51,448 nucleotides of DNA, taken from assembly GCF_018977255.1 (NCBI RefSeq), contig NW_024705367.1, positions 1-51,448 of the forward strand. The letters are read 5' to 3'. This DNA comes from Callorhinchus milii. Lineage: Eukaryota. Below, piece by piece: positions 23,768-37,964 of the stretch (position 1 is its first letter; the number at the start of each line of letters is the position of its first letter). The notes below the pieces were generated by a model. It worked only from the letters and a program-made list of their open reading frames with translations, was not told the DNA's origin and ran no database searches. Made by a program: the position numbers and the translations under genes.

Positions 23768-25915
23768 GAGAGTGTGAGAAATAGAGAGTCTGTGAGAGAT
23801 GAAGTGTGTACGAGAAAGAGTATTTGTGTGTGAGTGAGAGTGTGTGTTAGAGAGAGTTTCAGTGAGAGAGTGTGTGTGAGTATGAGAGAATGTGAGAGTG
23901 CGAGAGAATGTGTGAGAGTGTGGGTGTTAGTATCAGTGAGTGTGAGTGTGAGAGATTGCGTGTGAGTGGGTGAGAATGTGTGAGCATCAGAGATTGTGAG
24001 TGTGAGTGTGAGGGATTGTGTGTGAGTGTGTGAGAGTATGTGTGATTATCAGAGAGTGTGAGCGACTGTGTGTTAGTGTGAGAGAGGGTGTGTGAGAGTA
24101 CGTGTGAGTTTGAGAGTGTGTGTGAAAGTTTGAGAGTGTGTGTGAGTATCAGTGAGTGTGAGAGAGAGTTTGTGAGTGCGTGAGAGTGTGTGTACGTGTG
24201 AGAGTTTGTGTGAGAGTATGAGAGAGTGTGTGTGAGTATCAGAGAGTGCGAGAGTGTGTGTGAGAGTGTGTGTTTGATTATCAGAGAGTATGTGTGAGTA
24301 TCAGAGAGTTTGAGTGTGAGTGTGTGTCAGTGTGAGAGAGGGTATGTGAGTGTGTGAGTGTGTGCGTACGTGTGAGAGTTTGTGTGAGAGTATGAGAGAG
24401 TATGTGTGAGTATCAGAGTGTGTGACTATGTGTGTAAGTGTGAGAGAATGTGTGTGAATATCAGAGAGTGTGAGAGATTGTGTGTGAGTGAGAGTGTGTT
24501 TGATTATCAGAGAATATGTGTGAGTATCAGAGACTTTGAGTGTGAGAGTGTGTGTGTCAGTGAGAGAGAGGGTTTGTGAGTGTGTGTGCGTGTGAGAGTT
24601 TGTGAGAGTGTGTGTGAGAATCAGACAGTGTGAGTGTGGGAGAGGGTGTCATTGTGAGAGAGGGTTTATGAGTGTGTGCGTGTCAGAGTTTGTAAGAGAG
24701 TGTGTGTGAGCATCATAGAATATTATTGTGGGAGAATGTGTGTAAGTGTGAGAGAATGTGTGTGAATCAGTGAATGTGTGTGACTGAGAGTGTGTGTTTG
24801 AGTATCAGAAAGTGTGAGTGTGAGAGTGTGTGTGTCAGTGTGAGAGAGGGTTTGTGAGTGTGTGAGAGTGTGTGCGCGTGTGAGAGTTTGTGAGAGAGTG
24901 CGTGTGAGTATCAGAGTGTGTATAAGTGTGAGAGAATATGTGTGAATATCAGTGAGTGTGAGTGAATGTGTGTAGGTGAGTGTGTGTTTCAGTATCATAG
25001 ATTGCGAGAGGATATGCGTGAGTATCAGAGAGTTTGAGTGTGAGAGAGTGTGTGTCAGTGTGAGAGAGGGTTTGTGAGTGTGTGAGAGTGTTTGCGTGTG
25101 AGAGTTTGTGTGGGTGTCAACAGACTTTGATGATGAGCGAGTGTGAGAGAGAATGTGTGTAGGTGAGAGTGTGTGTTTCAGTATCACAGATTGCGAGAGG
25201 ATATGTGTGAGTATCAGTGAGTGTGAGTGTGAGCGAGTGTGTCATTGTGGGAGAGGTTGTGTGAGTGTGCGCGTGTTATAGTTTGTGTTAGAGTATGAGA
25301 GAGTGTGTGTGAGTATCAGAGAGTGTAGTGTGAGAGAGTGTGTAAGTGTGGAGAGAGGATTGTGTGTGAGTGAGAGTGTGTGTTTGAGTATCAGAGAGTG
25401 TGAGAGAGTATGTGCGAGTATCAGAAAGTGTGAGTGTGAGAGAGTGTGTGCAAGCGTGAAGGAATGTGTGTGAATATCAGTCAGTGTGAGAGTGTATGAG
25501 TGAGAGTGTGTATTTGTGTATCAGAGAGTGTGAGAGTGTGTGTGAGCATCAGAGAGTGTGAGTGTGAGAGAGTGTGTGTGAGTGTGAGAGAGAGTTTGTG
25601 AGAGTGTGTGCGTGTGAGAGTTTCCGAGAGTGTGCGTGTGAGTATCAGAGTGTGTGAGAGTGTGTGTGAGTGTGAGAGTGTGTGGATATCAGTGAGTGTG
25701 TGTGTGAGATGTGTGTTTTAGCATCAGACTTGGTGTGAGTGAGAGAGTGGATGTTTTAGTATCAGAGAGTGTGTGTGTGTGTGTGTGAGAGTGTATGAAT
25801 ATCAGAGAGTGAGTGTGAGAGAGTGTGTGTGAGTGAGAGAGTGTGTATGAGTATCAGCGACTGAGTGTGAGAGAGTGGGTGTGAGTGGGAGAGTGTATGT
25901 GAGTGTGTGTGGGAG
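23768..25915 (-). repeat. Same CTGATA minisatellite, copy B
   Basis: gagtatcagagagtgtg repeats on +. Confidence 0.95.
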
Positions 25916-25980
25916 TAAAGGATTTACAGCTTTGTAAATCTACAAACCACACTTGGCCCCGAATTTGGCTCATTTCCACG

Positions 25981-26005
25981 NNNNNNNNNNNNNNNNNNNN
26001 NNNNN
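25981..26005. other. Assembly gap (25 N)
   Basis: Run of N. Confidence 1.
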
Positions 26006-28370
26006 TGGTGTGTGTGAAGTATTAATGAGGTATTTTTTGTATCAGTGTGCTGTGTGTTACTAATGGAATATGTATCACAAATCGGGTTTTAATGGAGTTC
26101 GTGGTGTATCAGTGTGTTGTGCTAATGGGGTGTATGGGGTGTTACTGCGGTGTGGGGTAATAATGGTCTGTGTGGCATTAATGGGGTGAGCAATATGAAT
26201 GGGGTGTATGGGTATCAATTGGGTTGTGGGATGCTGATGGAGTTTGGTGATTAATGATTTGTGTGGGGTACTAATAGAGTTTGTGTGCTATTAAAGGGCA
26301 GTATTGGGTATTAATAGGATAAGGTGGGATGTTAAGGCAGTGTGGAGTACTTATCAATTGTTGAATATTAATGGGGTGAGGGTTATGAATGGAGTGAGTT
26401 AATATTAATAGCGTGTGTTATATTAAAGTTATGTGGTGTATTAATGGATTGTGTTGGGCATTAATGGGATGTGCGGGCTCTTAATCGTGTACGCGGTACC
26501 AATTGGGTTTTGTTGGCTATTCCTGTGGAATGTGGAGTATTAGTGGGACTTGTGTGGGTTTTATTAATGGGCTGTGCGACATATTACTGGGTTGATTACT
26601 GGGGTGTGCTGCATTAGTGGCATGTGGAGTATCAATGGGTTGTGTGGTATTAATAGGGGTGAGGGTATTAACATGATATGGGTTAATAATGGGCAGTGGG
26701 TGATAGCAAATGGATTTGTGAAGTATTAGTGGGCTGTGGTGTATTATTGGGGTGCGGTATATTAATGGGGTGTGCTGTACGAAGGGTTCGTGTGGGGTAT
26801 TAATGGAGTGTGGGTATTAATGTAGTGTGGGGTATTAATGGGGTGGGTGTTATTAATAGGCTGTGGTTTATTTTTGGGATCTTTCGTACTAAAGTGTTGT
26901 GGGATATTAATGTTATATGTTGGCTATTAATGTGTTTGTGGGATATTAATGGGCTGTGGGTTATTAATGTGATGTGGAAAACAATTGGGTGTGTGGGTCA
27001 TGAATGATGTGTGGGGTATTAATGCGGTGAGCGATTATAATGGGGTGTGATTTGCTAAATATGTGTGTGGTATTAAAGAAGTGTTGGGCATAAAGGTGGT
27101 GTGTTTGAGTATTAGTGGTGTGTATGGGTATGAAAGGGTTGTGGGTTATTGATGGTGTTTGGCGTATTAATATGTTGTGTGGAGTATTAATGTACTGTGT
27201 GGTGTATTACAGGGCTATACTGGGTATTTGTGGGATATGATGGGATACTCAGGCGGAGTGTAGTACACATCAGTTGTTGGGTATTAATAGGGCGAGTGGT
27301 ATTAATGGGGTGCGATATATTAAAGGGGTGCGTTGTATTAAAAATGTGTGGTGTATTAATGGGTTGTGTTGGGGACTGATGAGGTGTGTGGGGAATAAAT
27401 GGTGTGTGGGGTATTATTGTCGTTTTTTATGTATTCCTGTGATGTGTGGAGGATTAATGGCTTTGTTGGGGGGGGGGAGCGCTATTAATGGACGGTGTGG
27501 TGTTATAGTGGTATGCGGGATAGTAATGCGATGTGGGGTATTAATGGCGCGTGGTAATAATGGGATTTGTGTTCTTAATGGTGTGAGGGGTAGTAATGTG
27601 GTGTGGTTTATTGAATGTGGTTGGATATTAAAGTGTTGTGGGTTATTACTGATGTGTATTGGTTATTAACGTGGTGTTGTTTACTAATGGGGTATATGTA
27701 TTAATGTAATCTGGGATATTAATAAGGAGTTGGTGATACTCATGGGGTTTGTGTAGTATTAACGTGGTGTATGGTGTATTAATGGGGTGCGGAGTATTAA
27801 CGTGTTGTGGGTAATAATGTTGTGTTGGATATAAATAGGAATTGTGTGTTTTAAATTTGGTTTCTGGAGTATTATTGAGGTGTGTGATATTGTTTGTGTA
27901 TTAACAGAGTGCGTCGTGTATTAATGAGTTGTATGGATTGGATACTTATGGGGTGTGGGGTATTCATGGGGTGTGGCGCGCTAAATATGCGGATGGTACT
28001 AAAGTGGTGTGGGGTGTTAATGGGTTGTGTGGGTACCAATCCGTTGTGGGCTATTGATGGAGGTTAGCGTATTAATTTGTTGTGTGAGGTATCAATGGAA
28101 TTTGCGGGGTACTACTGGGCTGTATGGAACATTAATGGGACGCGATGGGATACTAAGTCGCTGTGGGGTGTTAATAAGTTGTTGGATGCTAATGGGGTGA
28201 GGGAAATAACGGCGTTGGGTGCACTAACGGGTCGTGTTGGGTGTTCATGGGGTCTTTCACTGGTGTTTTGGTGTTAATGGCGTATTACTGGGGTTCGTGG
28301 GGTATTCCTGAGGTCTGTGGAATATTAATGGAGCTTGTGGTGGTGGAGTGGGGGTTATATTATTGGGTTG
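26006..28370 (+). repeat. Degenerate GT-rich repeat with recurring gtattaatgggg motif (its end is also seen at 1-72)
   Basis: TATTAATG(G)n recurs roughly every 20-25 nt among tgtgg/gggtg. Confidence 0.9.
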
Positions 28371-28577
28371 CGTGGCGTATGAGTGTGGTACTATGAGCGA
28401 GCTCTTGCTTGCTGCGTGATTGCTCTCGCCACGGCCTTATACCCTGCAAAGCGCTGTGAGACGTCTCCGCGAAGTGATAAGGCGATCATTCGAATAAAAC
28501 AATCATTATTATCGTGGAAATGAGCCAAATTGGGGGCCAAGTGTGGTTTGTAGATTTACTAAGCTGTAAATCCTTTA

Positions 28578-30455
28578 CTCCCACACACACTCACATACAC
28601 TCTCCCACTCACACCCACTCTCTCACACTCAGTCGCTGATACTCATACACACTCTCTCACTCACACACACGCTCTCACACTCACTCTCTGATATTCATAC
28701 ACTCACACACACACACACACTCTGATACTAAAACATCCACTCTCTCACTCACACCCACTCTGATGCTAAAACACACAATCTCACTCACACACTCACTGAT
28801 ATCCACACACTCTCACACTTACACACACTCTCACACACTCTGATACTCACACGCACACTCTCGCAAACTCTCACACGCACACACACTCTCACAAACTCTC
28901 TCTCACACTGACACACACTCTCTCACACTCACACTCTCTGATGCTCACACACACTCTCACACTCTCTGATACACAAACACACACTCTCACTCATACACAA
29001 TCTCTCACACTGACTGATATTCACACACATTCTTTCACGCTTGCACACACTCTCCTACACTCACACTTTCTGATACTCGCACATACTCTCTCACACTCTC
29101 TGATACTCAAACACACACTCTCACTCACACACAAACCCTCTCTCACACTCACACACTCTCTCACACTACACTCTCTGATACTCACACATTCTCTCTCACA
29201 CTCGCTCACCATCAAAGTCTGTTGACACCCACACAAACTCTCACACGCAAACACTCTCACACACTCACAAACCCTCTCTCACACTGACACACACTCTCTC
29301 ACACTCAAACTCTGATTCTCCTGCATATCCTCTCGCAATCTATGATACTGAAACACACACTCACCTACACACATTCACTCACACTCACTGATATTCACAC
29401 ATATTCTCTCACACTTACACACACTCTGATACTCACACGCACTCTCTCACAAACTCTCACACGCGCACACACTCTCACACACTCACAAACCCTCTCTCAC
29501 ACTGACACACACACTCTCACACTCACACTTTCTGATACTCAAACACACACTCTCAGTCACACACATTCACTGATATTCACACACATTCTCTCACACTTAT
29601 ACACATTCTCCCACACACACTCTCTTACAAACTCTCACACGCACACACACTCACAAACCCTCTCTCACACTGACACACACACTCTCACACTCAAAGTCTC
29701 TGATACTCACACATATTCTCTGATAATCAAACACACTCTCACTCACACACAATCTCTCACACTCTCTGATATTCACACACATTCTCTCACACTTACACAC
29801 ATACCACACACTCTGATACTCACACATACTCTCTCATACTCTCACACAAACTCTCACACGTACGCACACTCTCACATACCCTCTCTCACACTGACACACA
29901 CTCTCACACTCAAACTCTCTGATACTCACACATACTCTCTGATAATCAAACACACACTCTCACACACACTCTCGCACTCTCTGATATTAACACACACTCT
30001 CTCATACTCTCACACAAACTCTCACACGTACACACACTCTCACGCACTCACAAACTCTCTCTCACACTCACTGATACTCACACACACTCTCAAACTTTCA
30101 CACACACTCGCAAACTCACACGTACTCTCACACACCCTCTCTCACACTAACACACAGTCGCTCACACTCTCTGATAATCACACATACTCTCACACACTCA
30201 CACACAATCCCTCACTCTCACACTCACAATCTCTGATGCTCACACATTCTCACCCACTCACACGCAATCTCTCACACTCACACTCACTGATACTAACACC
30301 CACACTCTCACACATTCTCTCACACTCTCACATTCTCTCATACTCACACACACTCTCTCACTGAAACTCTCTCTAACACACACTCTCACTCACATACAAA
30401 TACTCTTTCTCGTACACACTTCGTCTCTCACGGACTCTCTATTTCTCACACTCTC
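28578..30455 (+). repeat. Same CTGATA minisatellite, copy C
   Basis: Same motif; array ~300 bp shorter than in A. Confidence 0.95.
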
Positions 30456-30571
30456 GCCGCTTATTCTCTCCCACTGACCTGACCCTCTGTCAGCCCCAAT
30501 CGTCCAGCAGCTCAGGTCGCTCTCTGTCCGGTCGATCCTCGGCCATGTTTGATCTTCTCCTCCTTCAATCC

Positions 30572-31165
30572 TGACGTTGTCTCCGCCCACTCTCTCCCCG
30601 TTGGTCCGTTACGAACACTCGCCCCCTCTGCCTGAACTTCCCATTCGTCTGTCTAGTTGTCAAGCAGATGCCGCGCTCTGATAGGTCTGTGCCTACGTCA
30701 ATCATCTCTAAACCGCTCCACCTTCCGCTCCCTGGTTAACCGTCACTAGGTCACCGCCCACCCACTCCCCATTGGCCCATTCAAACAGCCGCCCCCTCAG
30801 CCAGAGCTTCCCAATGGTCTGTTCACACGTGAACCGATAGTCGCGCTCTGATAGGTCCAAATCCACGTTAATCATTTCCGCTCCATCCTGCCCCGCGATA
30901 TCACCAGATGCCACTATTTCGCCGCACACTCGCTTCCCATTGGCCCATTCAAACACCCGCCCATCATGCCGTAGCTTACCATTGGTCAGTTGCGTTTTCA
31001 ATCAGACTACGTACTCTGTTAGGTCTGTCAACACGTCAATCATCTCCCGTCCTGTGTGCCTTGCGCACTCTCCCTGACCGTCACTCTCTCCCCGCCCACT
31101 CGCTGACTATTGGTTCCTTTCAACATTCCGCAGCTCCGTATTGGTCAACCTGGCTGTCAATCTGC
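30572..31165. promoter_or_regulatory. ~170-bp promoter-like repeat, copy C (3 units + partial)
   Basis: GC-box anchors at 30583, 30754, 30922 (variant CCGCAC), 31092. Confidence 0.62.
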
Positions 31166-33223
31166 TGCCCTCCCAGTCCTGCCTTTCTCTCCTCTTTTCC
31201 CCCAGCCTGTGTTTACCAGCTGTCATTGGGAATCCGACAGGTGTTTCATTGGTATGGCTTTTCCGGGGCTTGTAATCCCTTCAATTGTTTGTAAAAATCA
31301 TAAAAATTCGTTCGATTCAACTCACGATAGCCACTTCACCTTGCAGTGTGTCCTGTTAAGCGCTTTCAGACGTCTCGATGAGGTGGTCAGGCGCTGTAGC
31401 ATTGCAAGGATTATTATTCATATTATAAACTGCTCCTTTCTTGGTACGTCCAGCGTGAAAGGCGCTGTACAAATTTACATGTCAGTCGGAAGAAAGGAAC
31501 TTTATCTTTTGTATCAGCTCGGCAGTGTTGATTTCCTTACGATTTTATCCTGACAGACAGACCTCGATATGTGTTCACCGAAACCTACAAAACACAGACA
31601 CACAATGACACTACTCGCCCCCACTCCCCCGCACACACATAGAGACACACACATACACACACACAGACACACACACACAGAACGCACACATAGAGATACA
31701 CACACACACTCAGACCCACACACAGACACACACACGGACATACGCACACACACACAGATTGAAAAACACACAGTCACACATACACACGGACATAAACACG
31801 CAGACACACACACACACATACGCCCACAGACATACACACAGACAAACATGCACACACAGAGACACACGCACACACACACAGAGACACACAGACAGACACA
31901 CACACATACATAGAGACACAAACACACCCTGACGCACACACATAGTCAAACACACACACACAAAAACACATACAGACGCCCACACACACACACATACACA
32001 CACACACAGGCACACGTCCATACACTCACACACAAGCACACAGTGATAGTTTCTGAGAGAGATTCTGAGTGTGAGAGAGAGAGAAAGAGAGAAAGAGAGA
32101 GAGACAGAGGTTCAGAGACAGGCCTTGTGTGGAGAGGGAGGAGGAGAACTCTGTGAGCAGAACATAATTTTGGAGCCAGTAAAATTTCCACGAGTCCAAG
32201 GAGGAGAATAATAATACTTGCCTTTCGCACAGAGCCTTTCATGTCGCGAGGATGTCACAAGTTATGTCACACGATATACTGTAAAATGAAGTGACTGTGT
32301 ATTTTGTGATTGAGCAGGGAAGCCGAGTTTGGCATCGTAACGTACTGCAAACAGCCAAGGAGAGAATGAACAATTTTATTTGGAATTGTTGGCCAGGATA
32401 AAACACAAGGCAGGCAAGTCCGGTAATTCATCCAGTGATCTTCATATTTGTCCTTGTCTTTGGAACAGGAAGAGGCAATCATACCCCTCAACAAACCAGC
32501 AGCTCTCTCTGGTTTCGATTAAACATTCCGAATCAAATCGAAAATGTGACCATATTTTCCCATCCCTTACATTTCCATTATGAGGGTTACAAAATGCACC
32601 TGTTCCAAGGCCTTGCGGGAATGGATGCAATTGTTTCTTTCTGAAACTTACTACTTTCTGTGATCTTGTACAGTGTCAAAATCTGTCAACACATTGCTAA
32701 CAGAACAGATGCCAGGCTGCTCCTTCCCGATCAAACCATGAGTCTCCAATCAGGGAAAGCGAGCTGCAGTGACGGCCCGATGGACAATTTTAAGAGTGAC
32801 TGAAATCACTGAGATTCCTGAGACCTTCTGGTTCTCACTTGTGGAGATGCAGCGCAATGGACATTTAGACATTTCCGGAGTGGAGAGCGTTTCTCAGAGA
32901 ATGTCCTGATCAGTTTTAAAATATTAATTGTCCCGGACTGAATGGGAATCATCTTACCATCAGATTTCACATGAACTGTAATAATTTGCACAAATAATAT
33001 CTGCCAGTTTGCTCTCTTGCAAGTTGACAGCTGAGTTATAGCTTTAAATACAGAATTATCTACTCCCCATGTTGTCAGTCGAGGTACTGCAGGCTCGAGA
33101 CTGGCTTCCCTATCTGATTGTAATGTTCTCAAAAGCCGACAAGACAGCAGGGCTGGGGAGCTCTCAAGTTAATTCTCTATTTCTCAAAGCAACACAAAGG
33201 CCTGGACAGATAAAGCAAAAAAG

Positions 33224-34020
33224 TAGAGTACTGTAGCTCAGTGGTTAGAGCAGTCGCTTTGCAAGCGAGACACCCCAGTTTAAATGAGGTTGGGGAGGGG
33301 CTGTGCCTGGGACAGTCTATGCCTGGGTGAAGCTGGGTGTGCGGGGGGCCTGCGCCCTGGGTGTGTTATATCTGTGGTGGCTGTGCCTGGAGTTTGTGGC
33401 CTGTGCCCCATGGGGGCTGCTGTACAGTGTTGGGGGAGGTAGTCTGTGACCTGGGGGAGGGTTTGTGGCTGCGGGGGGGTCTGTGCCTGGAGTTGTCTGT
33501 GTTTGAGTTCGGTTGTACCCTGGGGAGGAAGGGGCTGGGCATTGGGGGATGGGGCTGTGGCCTGTGTTGAGCTGTGCCTTGTTGGGGGGGGTGGGGGTCA
33601 GGGATGCGTGTGCTTGTCTTTGCCCTTTTTTGTGCCTTGGGGTGTGCGGAGGCTGTGTCTGGGGTGATCTGTGCCTTTGTAGGGCTGTGCCTTGGAGCGG
33701 TTGATATGTGATGGGGTCGGGCGAGGTGTGAGGGGGCGGGTGGAGGGTTGTTTGTGCACTGGGGGAGGTGCTGTGCCTTGTGGGTGCGGGCTGTGCTCTG
33801 CGGGGAGGGTGTGGCACACTCCCTTACCCCAAAACCAAAACAATAAAAAATTGGTCATTTTCAATCCACGACTGTTTGTGGGACACTGCTGTGCGCAATT
33901 GGCTGCCGTGTTCGCCCACAAATATACAGTCAATTTACTTTACAGTGTGTTCTGTGAAGCGCTTTGGGACGTCTTCCCGACGTGAAAAGCGCTATAGCAA
34001 ATGCAAGAATTATATTATAA
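33224..34020 (+). mobile_element. Same split SINE, copy C (3' tail retained)
   Basis: Continues gacgtcttcccgacgtgaaaagcgctatagcaaatgcaagaattatattata. Confidence 0.85.
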
Positions 34021-35224
34021 GTTCCACAGTCTCCCCACACTCTGTGAGAAAACGGATCCTCCTAAACTCCCTAATATCAAATAAACGATAACATCCTGTT
34101 CTTTCTCTTTGATATAACGTCATCCACATCAGTACTCTTTAATGCATTTCACAGGCTATACTGCAAAGAGCAGCACTCTTTGTTAATGAACCGAAATGTG
34201 GATCCACATCTTATTAACGTGCATCTGATCAAACCGTTTTCACAATCTTGAACACATGTATGAGGCCCTCTTTTCATCTGTGGAGAAAGATTCCGATCTT
34301 TCTTGATTATTGTTTCCACTCATACACGTAACTCTCTTTTACATCCACCATGTAATCTCTGCAATGCTGGTGAACATCAACCTGTATTGCTACTCGGTGC
34401 TTGCTATTCTAATTTATCCTGCTGCCTCTCAATTGTTGTTTTGTGTCTTTGAAAACTATCACAAAATTGCAGCTGCAAATTGTTTTTCACGTCAGGAGGA
34501 CGTCCCCGAACTAATGAAAGGAAGCAAAGGAGGAAGTAACTACGGAGAGATAAAGTGTAAGTAACTGAAAAGAGGAAGGAGGAGATCAGATGGTGAAGTC
34601 GAACTGAGATCGGAAATCTGTGCTATCTCCACTCTATATTTTCTTACAAATGACTCCTCGTATTGCTCCATCCAAATATTTCATAGAGTTTCACAGGAAT
34701 AAATGTAGAATGCAGTGACACTATGTTTGTGGACGGATACACACACACAGAATTTGATGACAGCAATGTCCCAAGAACAGGCGTAAAATTAATGATTAAT
34801 ATTAATCTGAGGAATGGTACAATGTGACACCAGTTGGAGCTCACTTCTCCTTTGCACAACATTCGTCACGCTGTGTTTCCACGGCAGCCCACGTCTTCCT
34901 GTCAGGGCTTTGCTCGCCGCAGAAACAATAAACTACTGCGGTGTGTTTATGACAGAGAGCGAGAAAGACAGCGAAAGAGACAGAGAGAGAAAGAAAGAAA
35001 GAAAGTCTGAATTTCTGCTTCCCAGCTGCGAACATCGCTCAGTATCGATCGCTGGTGTTCGTCTGTGTGTGTGTGAGTGTGTTTGTGTGTGTTTCACACC
35101 TCAGGCTGTGTGTGTGTAACAGAGAAGTGAATGATTTGGGATCACAGAGCTCAGTGAACGTGAAAAAAGCTGCTCCTCAGCTTCCAGGTTCGTCTCTTGG
35201 CCCGAGCTCCTCCTCATCCCCGTC

Positions 35225-35249
35225 ATGGAGACGTTGTTCCTCATCTTTG
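35225..35249 (+). CDS. SRCR gene copy C, coding exon 1 (METLFLIF)
   Basis: Identical to copy A exon 1, donor gtgagt at 35250. Confidence 0.7.
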
Positions 35250-35344
35250 GTGAGTGTCGGTTCTAACTCAATCTCAAGCCCAGTCAGAGAGACGGAAAGG
35301 AGAGGAGTGAGAGGCGATTTGCTTGATCCTTCCTACTCCAAATC

Positions 35345-36505
35345 CATGCCACGACCCATTCTGCTTTACCCCATCTACGCAGCATCGCTCGTCTGCATCA
35401 CAGTCTCACACGGCAGGCCGCCAGCACCCTCTACATCCAAGCGTGACTACGGAAACTCCCTGCTTGTCGGCCTCCCAAATCCTCCATCCAAAGGCTGCAG
35501 ATCCTCCTGATCTCTGCAGTTCGTGTCCTCTCCTACATCAAGCTCCGTGACCCTATCACCCCATCCTCACCAACTCCATTGGATACAGTTCAAGATACTG
35601 GTCTTCCGGTCTTCCACCAATATCTCTACCCTAAAGCCGCTGAAACCCTATTCCATGCCTTTGTCAACACTCGGCTGGACTACTCTGACGCCCTCCCCGG
35701 CGGTCTCCCATCCACTACTATCCATAAAATCCATATCATTCAAAACTCTGCCGCCGGCAATCTCAACCGAAACAAACTCCGCTCCCCGATCACCCCAGTC
35801 CTGGCCAGACAGCATTGGCTCCCTATCCCAGAGAGGATCGAGTTGAAGATCCTCACCCTTGTTTTAAAGTCCCTGCACTCCTCTGCACTCCACGACCTCT
35901 CTGACCTCCTCTCTCTTCAAAACAGTAATCGTTGCCGTCGTTGTTCCGGGTCTGACCTCTTCCTCGTCCCCCGAGTCCTCTTCACTCTCGGTGGCAGTTT
36001 CTTCAGCCACTATGCGCCGAGGCTCCGGAACTGCCTTCCTCACTCACTTCGGCTCGCTCCCACCCTTACATTTCTCAGGTCTCTGCTGAAGACCTTTTTT
36101 TTCGATCGCGCCTTTGGACGCATTCCTTCCCCTCCCCCTGGCGCGACCCGGAATCCGTTACTGTAAAGCGTTCTGAGACGCCATTGGGTGTGTAGGGCTC
36201 TATATAAATCCAAGCTTTTGTTGCTTTGTTTGTTATTGCTGTTGCCTTCACCTTCAAAATCCTCCATAACGTCGCTGACCCGTACATCTGCAAACTTCTG
36301 AGCTTCTACAAGCCTGTCCGCTCCTTTCGCTCAGCGAGCTACGGCCTGCTCCACCACCATCGACCTTTGGCATTTAGGCCTTCAGCCGCTTTACCGCCAC
36401 CCTTTGGAATTCCATCCTACAGCAGCACCCACCACAACCAACCCCCGCCTCGTGCTTGCTTACCTCCTTCAAGACCCTTTTCAAAACCTCCACTTTAATC
36501 GAGAT
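35345..36505 (+). mobile_element. Nested L2 fragments, copy C
   Basis: ORF 35579-36166 has the same L2 translation. Confidence 0.85.
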
Positions 36506-37928
36506 TTCGATTTCCCTCCTTCCACTGCACTCCAGTCTCCTTGATACTGATCCCAAGTTCTGTCTATGCAGCGAATAGTTAAGTACATCCGACATGCAAT
36601 GCTACATACATATGTATTGCTTTTTTGTTGATTGAGCAGTGGAATGAAGAAAGAGGGTTGAAAGGGAAGCAAGGGTAGAGAGGCGAGCGATAGAAGAGGA
36701 GGGACCAGGGAAGGATAGAGGCGAGAGTGGGAGCACATACAGAGGAGGGAGAGTGTAGAAGTGTGTGAGTAAGGTCAGATAGGAGTGAGATGATTAACGG
36801 GGGAATTGAGAGACGAGGGAGTGCGGGAGCGAAAGAGCGATGTGAAAGACAGCGGGAAGAGCGAAGGAGGAGAGGATGAGTGGCAGAGTGCTTGTACTGG
36901 GTAAAGTGTGGGTGAGTGAGAGGGGAGATGGAGTCTTAGGGCGATTGGGTGGAGCGAAGGGAGCGAGAGGTGGAAAGCATATGAGAGGGAAAGGTTGTGG
37001 TCAGAGTGAGGTGGAGTGGGGGAGGAAGAAAAATATGGAGTGGTGGAATGAGGGCTAGCAGGAACGGGAGCAGGAGGGAGAGAGGGAGGGCAACATGAGA
37101 GGGAGAGAGAGCGAGAGAGGTGCAGGGAGTCGGAAAGGGAGGGAAAGTGGCAGAGTTTGGGGAGGGGAGACGGAGTGGGAGGGTTAGAGTAAAGGGAGGC
37201 GGAGAGGCAGTGACGATTCAGTGAGATAGGGAATAAGGGACGGAGGGAGAGAAGGAGGGAGGGAATGAGAAATTCCTGATGTTGCCACCGGTACAGAGAA
37301 GTTTGAATGGGTATCGAGGTCTTTGCAACAATAAATTTCTCTTCGTCGCCTCCTCGCATGAAGCTGTATGCCTACATAAATGCAAGTTGTCCAAATGCAC
37401 ATTGTTGTTGATGGGGAACGTCATAGGAGAAACCAGGAAAAAAAGCAAAGGGTGAGCAAACTCCTTACCGAAAGGGAAACACAGTGTGCTCTAACTATTA
37501 ACGGGATTTGAGATGAATTCCTCTGTTTCCGTACTGTCACCAAAAGCCATCTTCTCCACGGCTCGAAACTGAAACACAACCGATTTTTGCACAGCAAATG
37601 ACGTTCAGCCAAATGCTGTGTTTCTTAGTCTATGACAGAATTCTTGGTTCAGTCCGATTGACTCCGCATCCCATCGTATTTGTGCTGGTGCTCGCTCACC
37701 CACTCGAGCTCTCTATTCTAACCCCATTCCATGCATTCTTTACCTCCCTGTCGTATCTGTACTGGTCGTCCTCCCCCATTGGAAGCTTTTTCGGCGATGG
37801 CATTAAATTGCTGCCCTGTAGATGAGGACCGACCGTTTACGATGTGAGAAACTGGGAAGATCAGATCCATGATTGTGAGAATTATTGCATTGATAACTCC
37901 TGACTTGATCTATTTTTTCCTTCTGCAG

Positions 37929-37964
37929 TGATATTTCTGGAGAGAAAGATGTTGGAATCTGCAG
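37929..37964 (+). CDS. SRCR gene copy C, exon 2 ((V)IFLERKMLESA)
   Basis: Identical to copy A exon 2 with intact splice sites. Confidence 0.7.

Larger units (their letters stand above)
14592..25980 (-). repeat. Segmental duplication unit, copy B (inverted; leader exons present, SRCR exon not in the assembled sequence)
   Basis: Reverse complement of copy A ~219-12030; homology stops at 14592, next to 70 bp of unrelated sequence and a gap. Confidence 0.93.

Noticed and set aside
29342..30364. 340-aa His/Thr/Leu/Ser ORF and similar HT/CV-rich ORFs
   Set aside because: Translations of CA/TG minisatellites; frames are not preserved between copies
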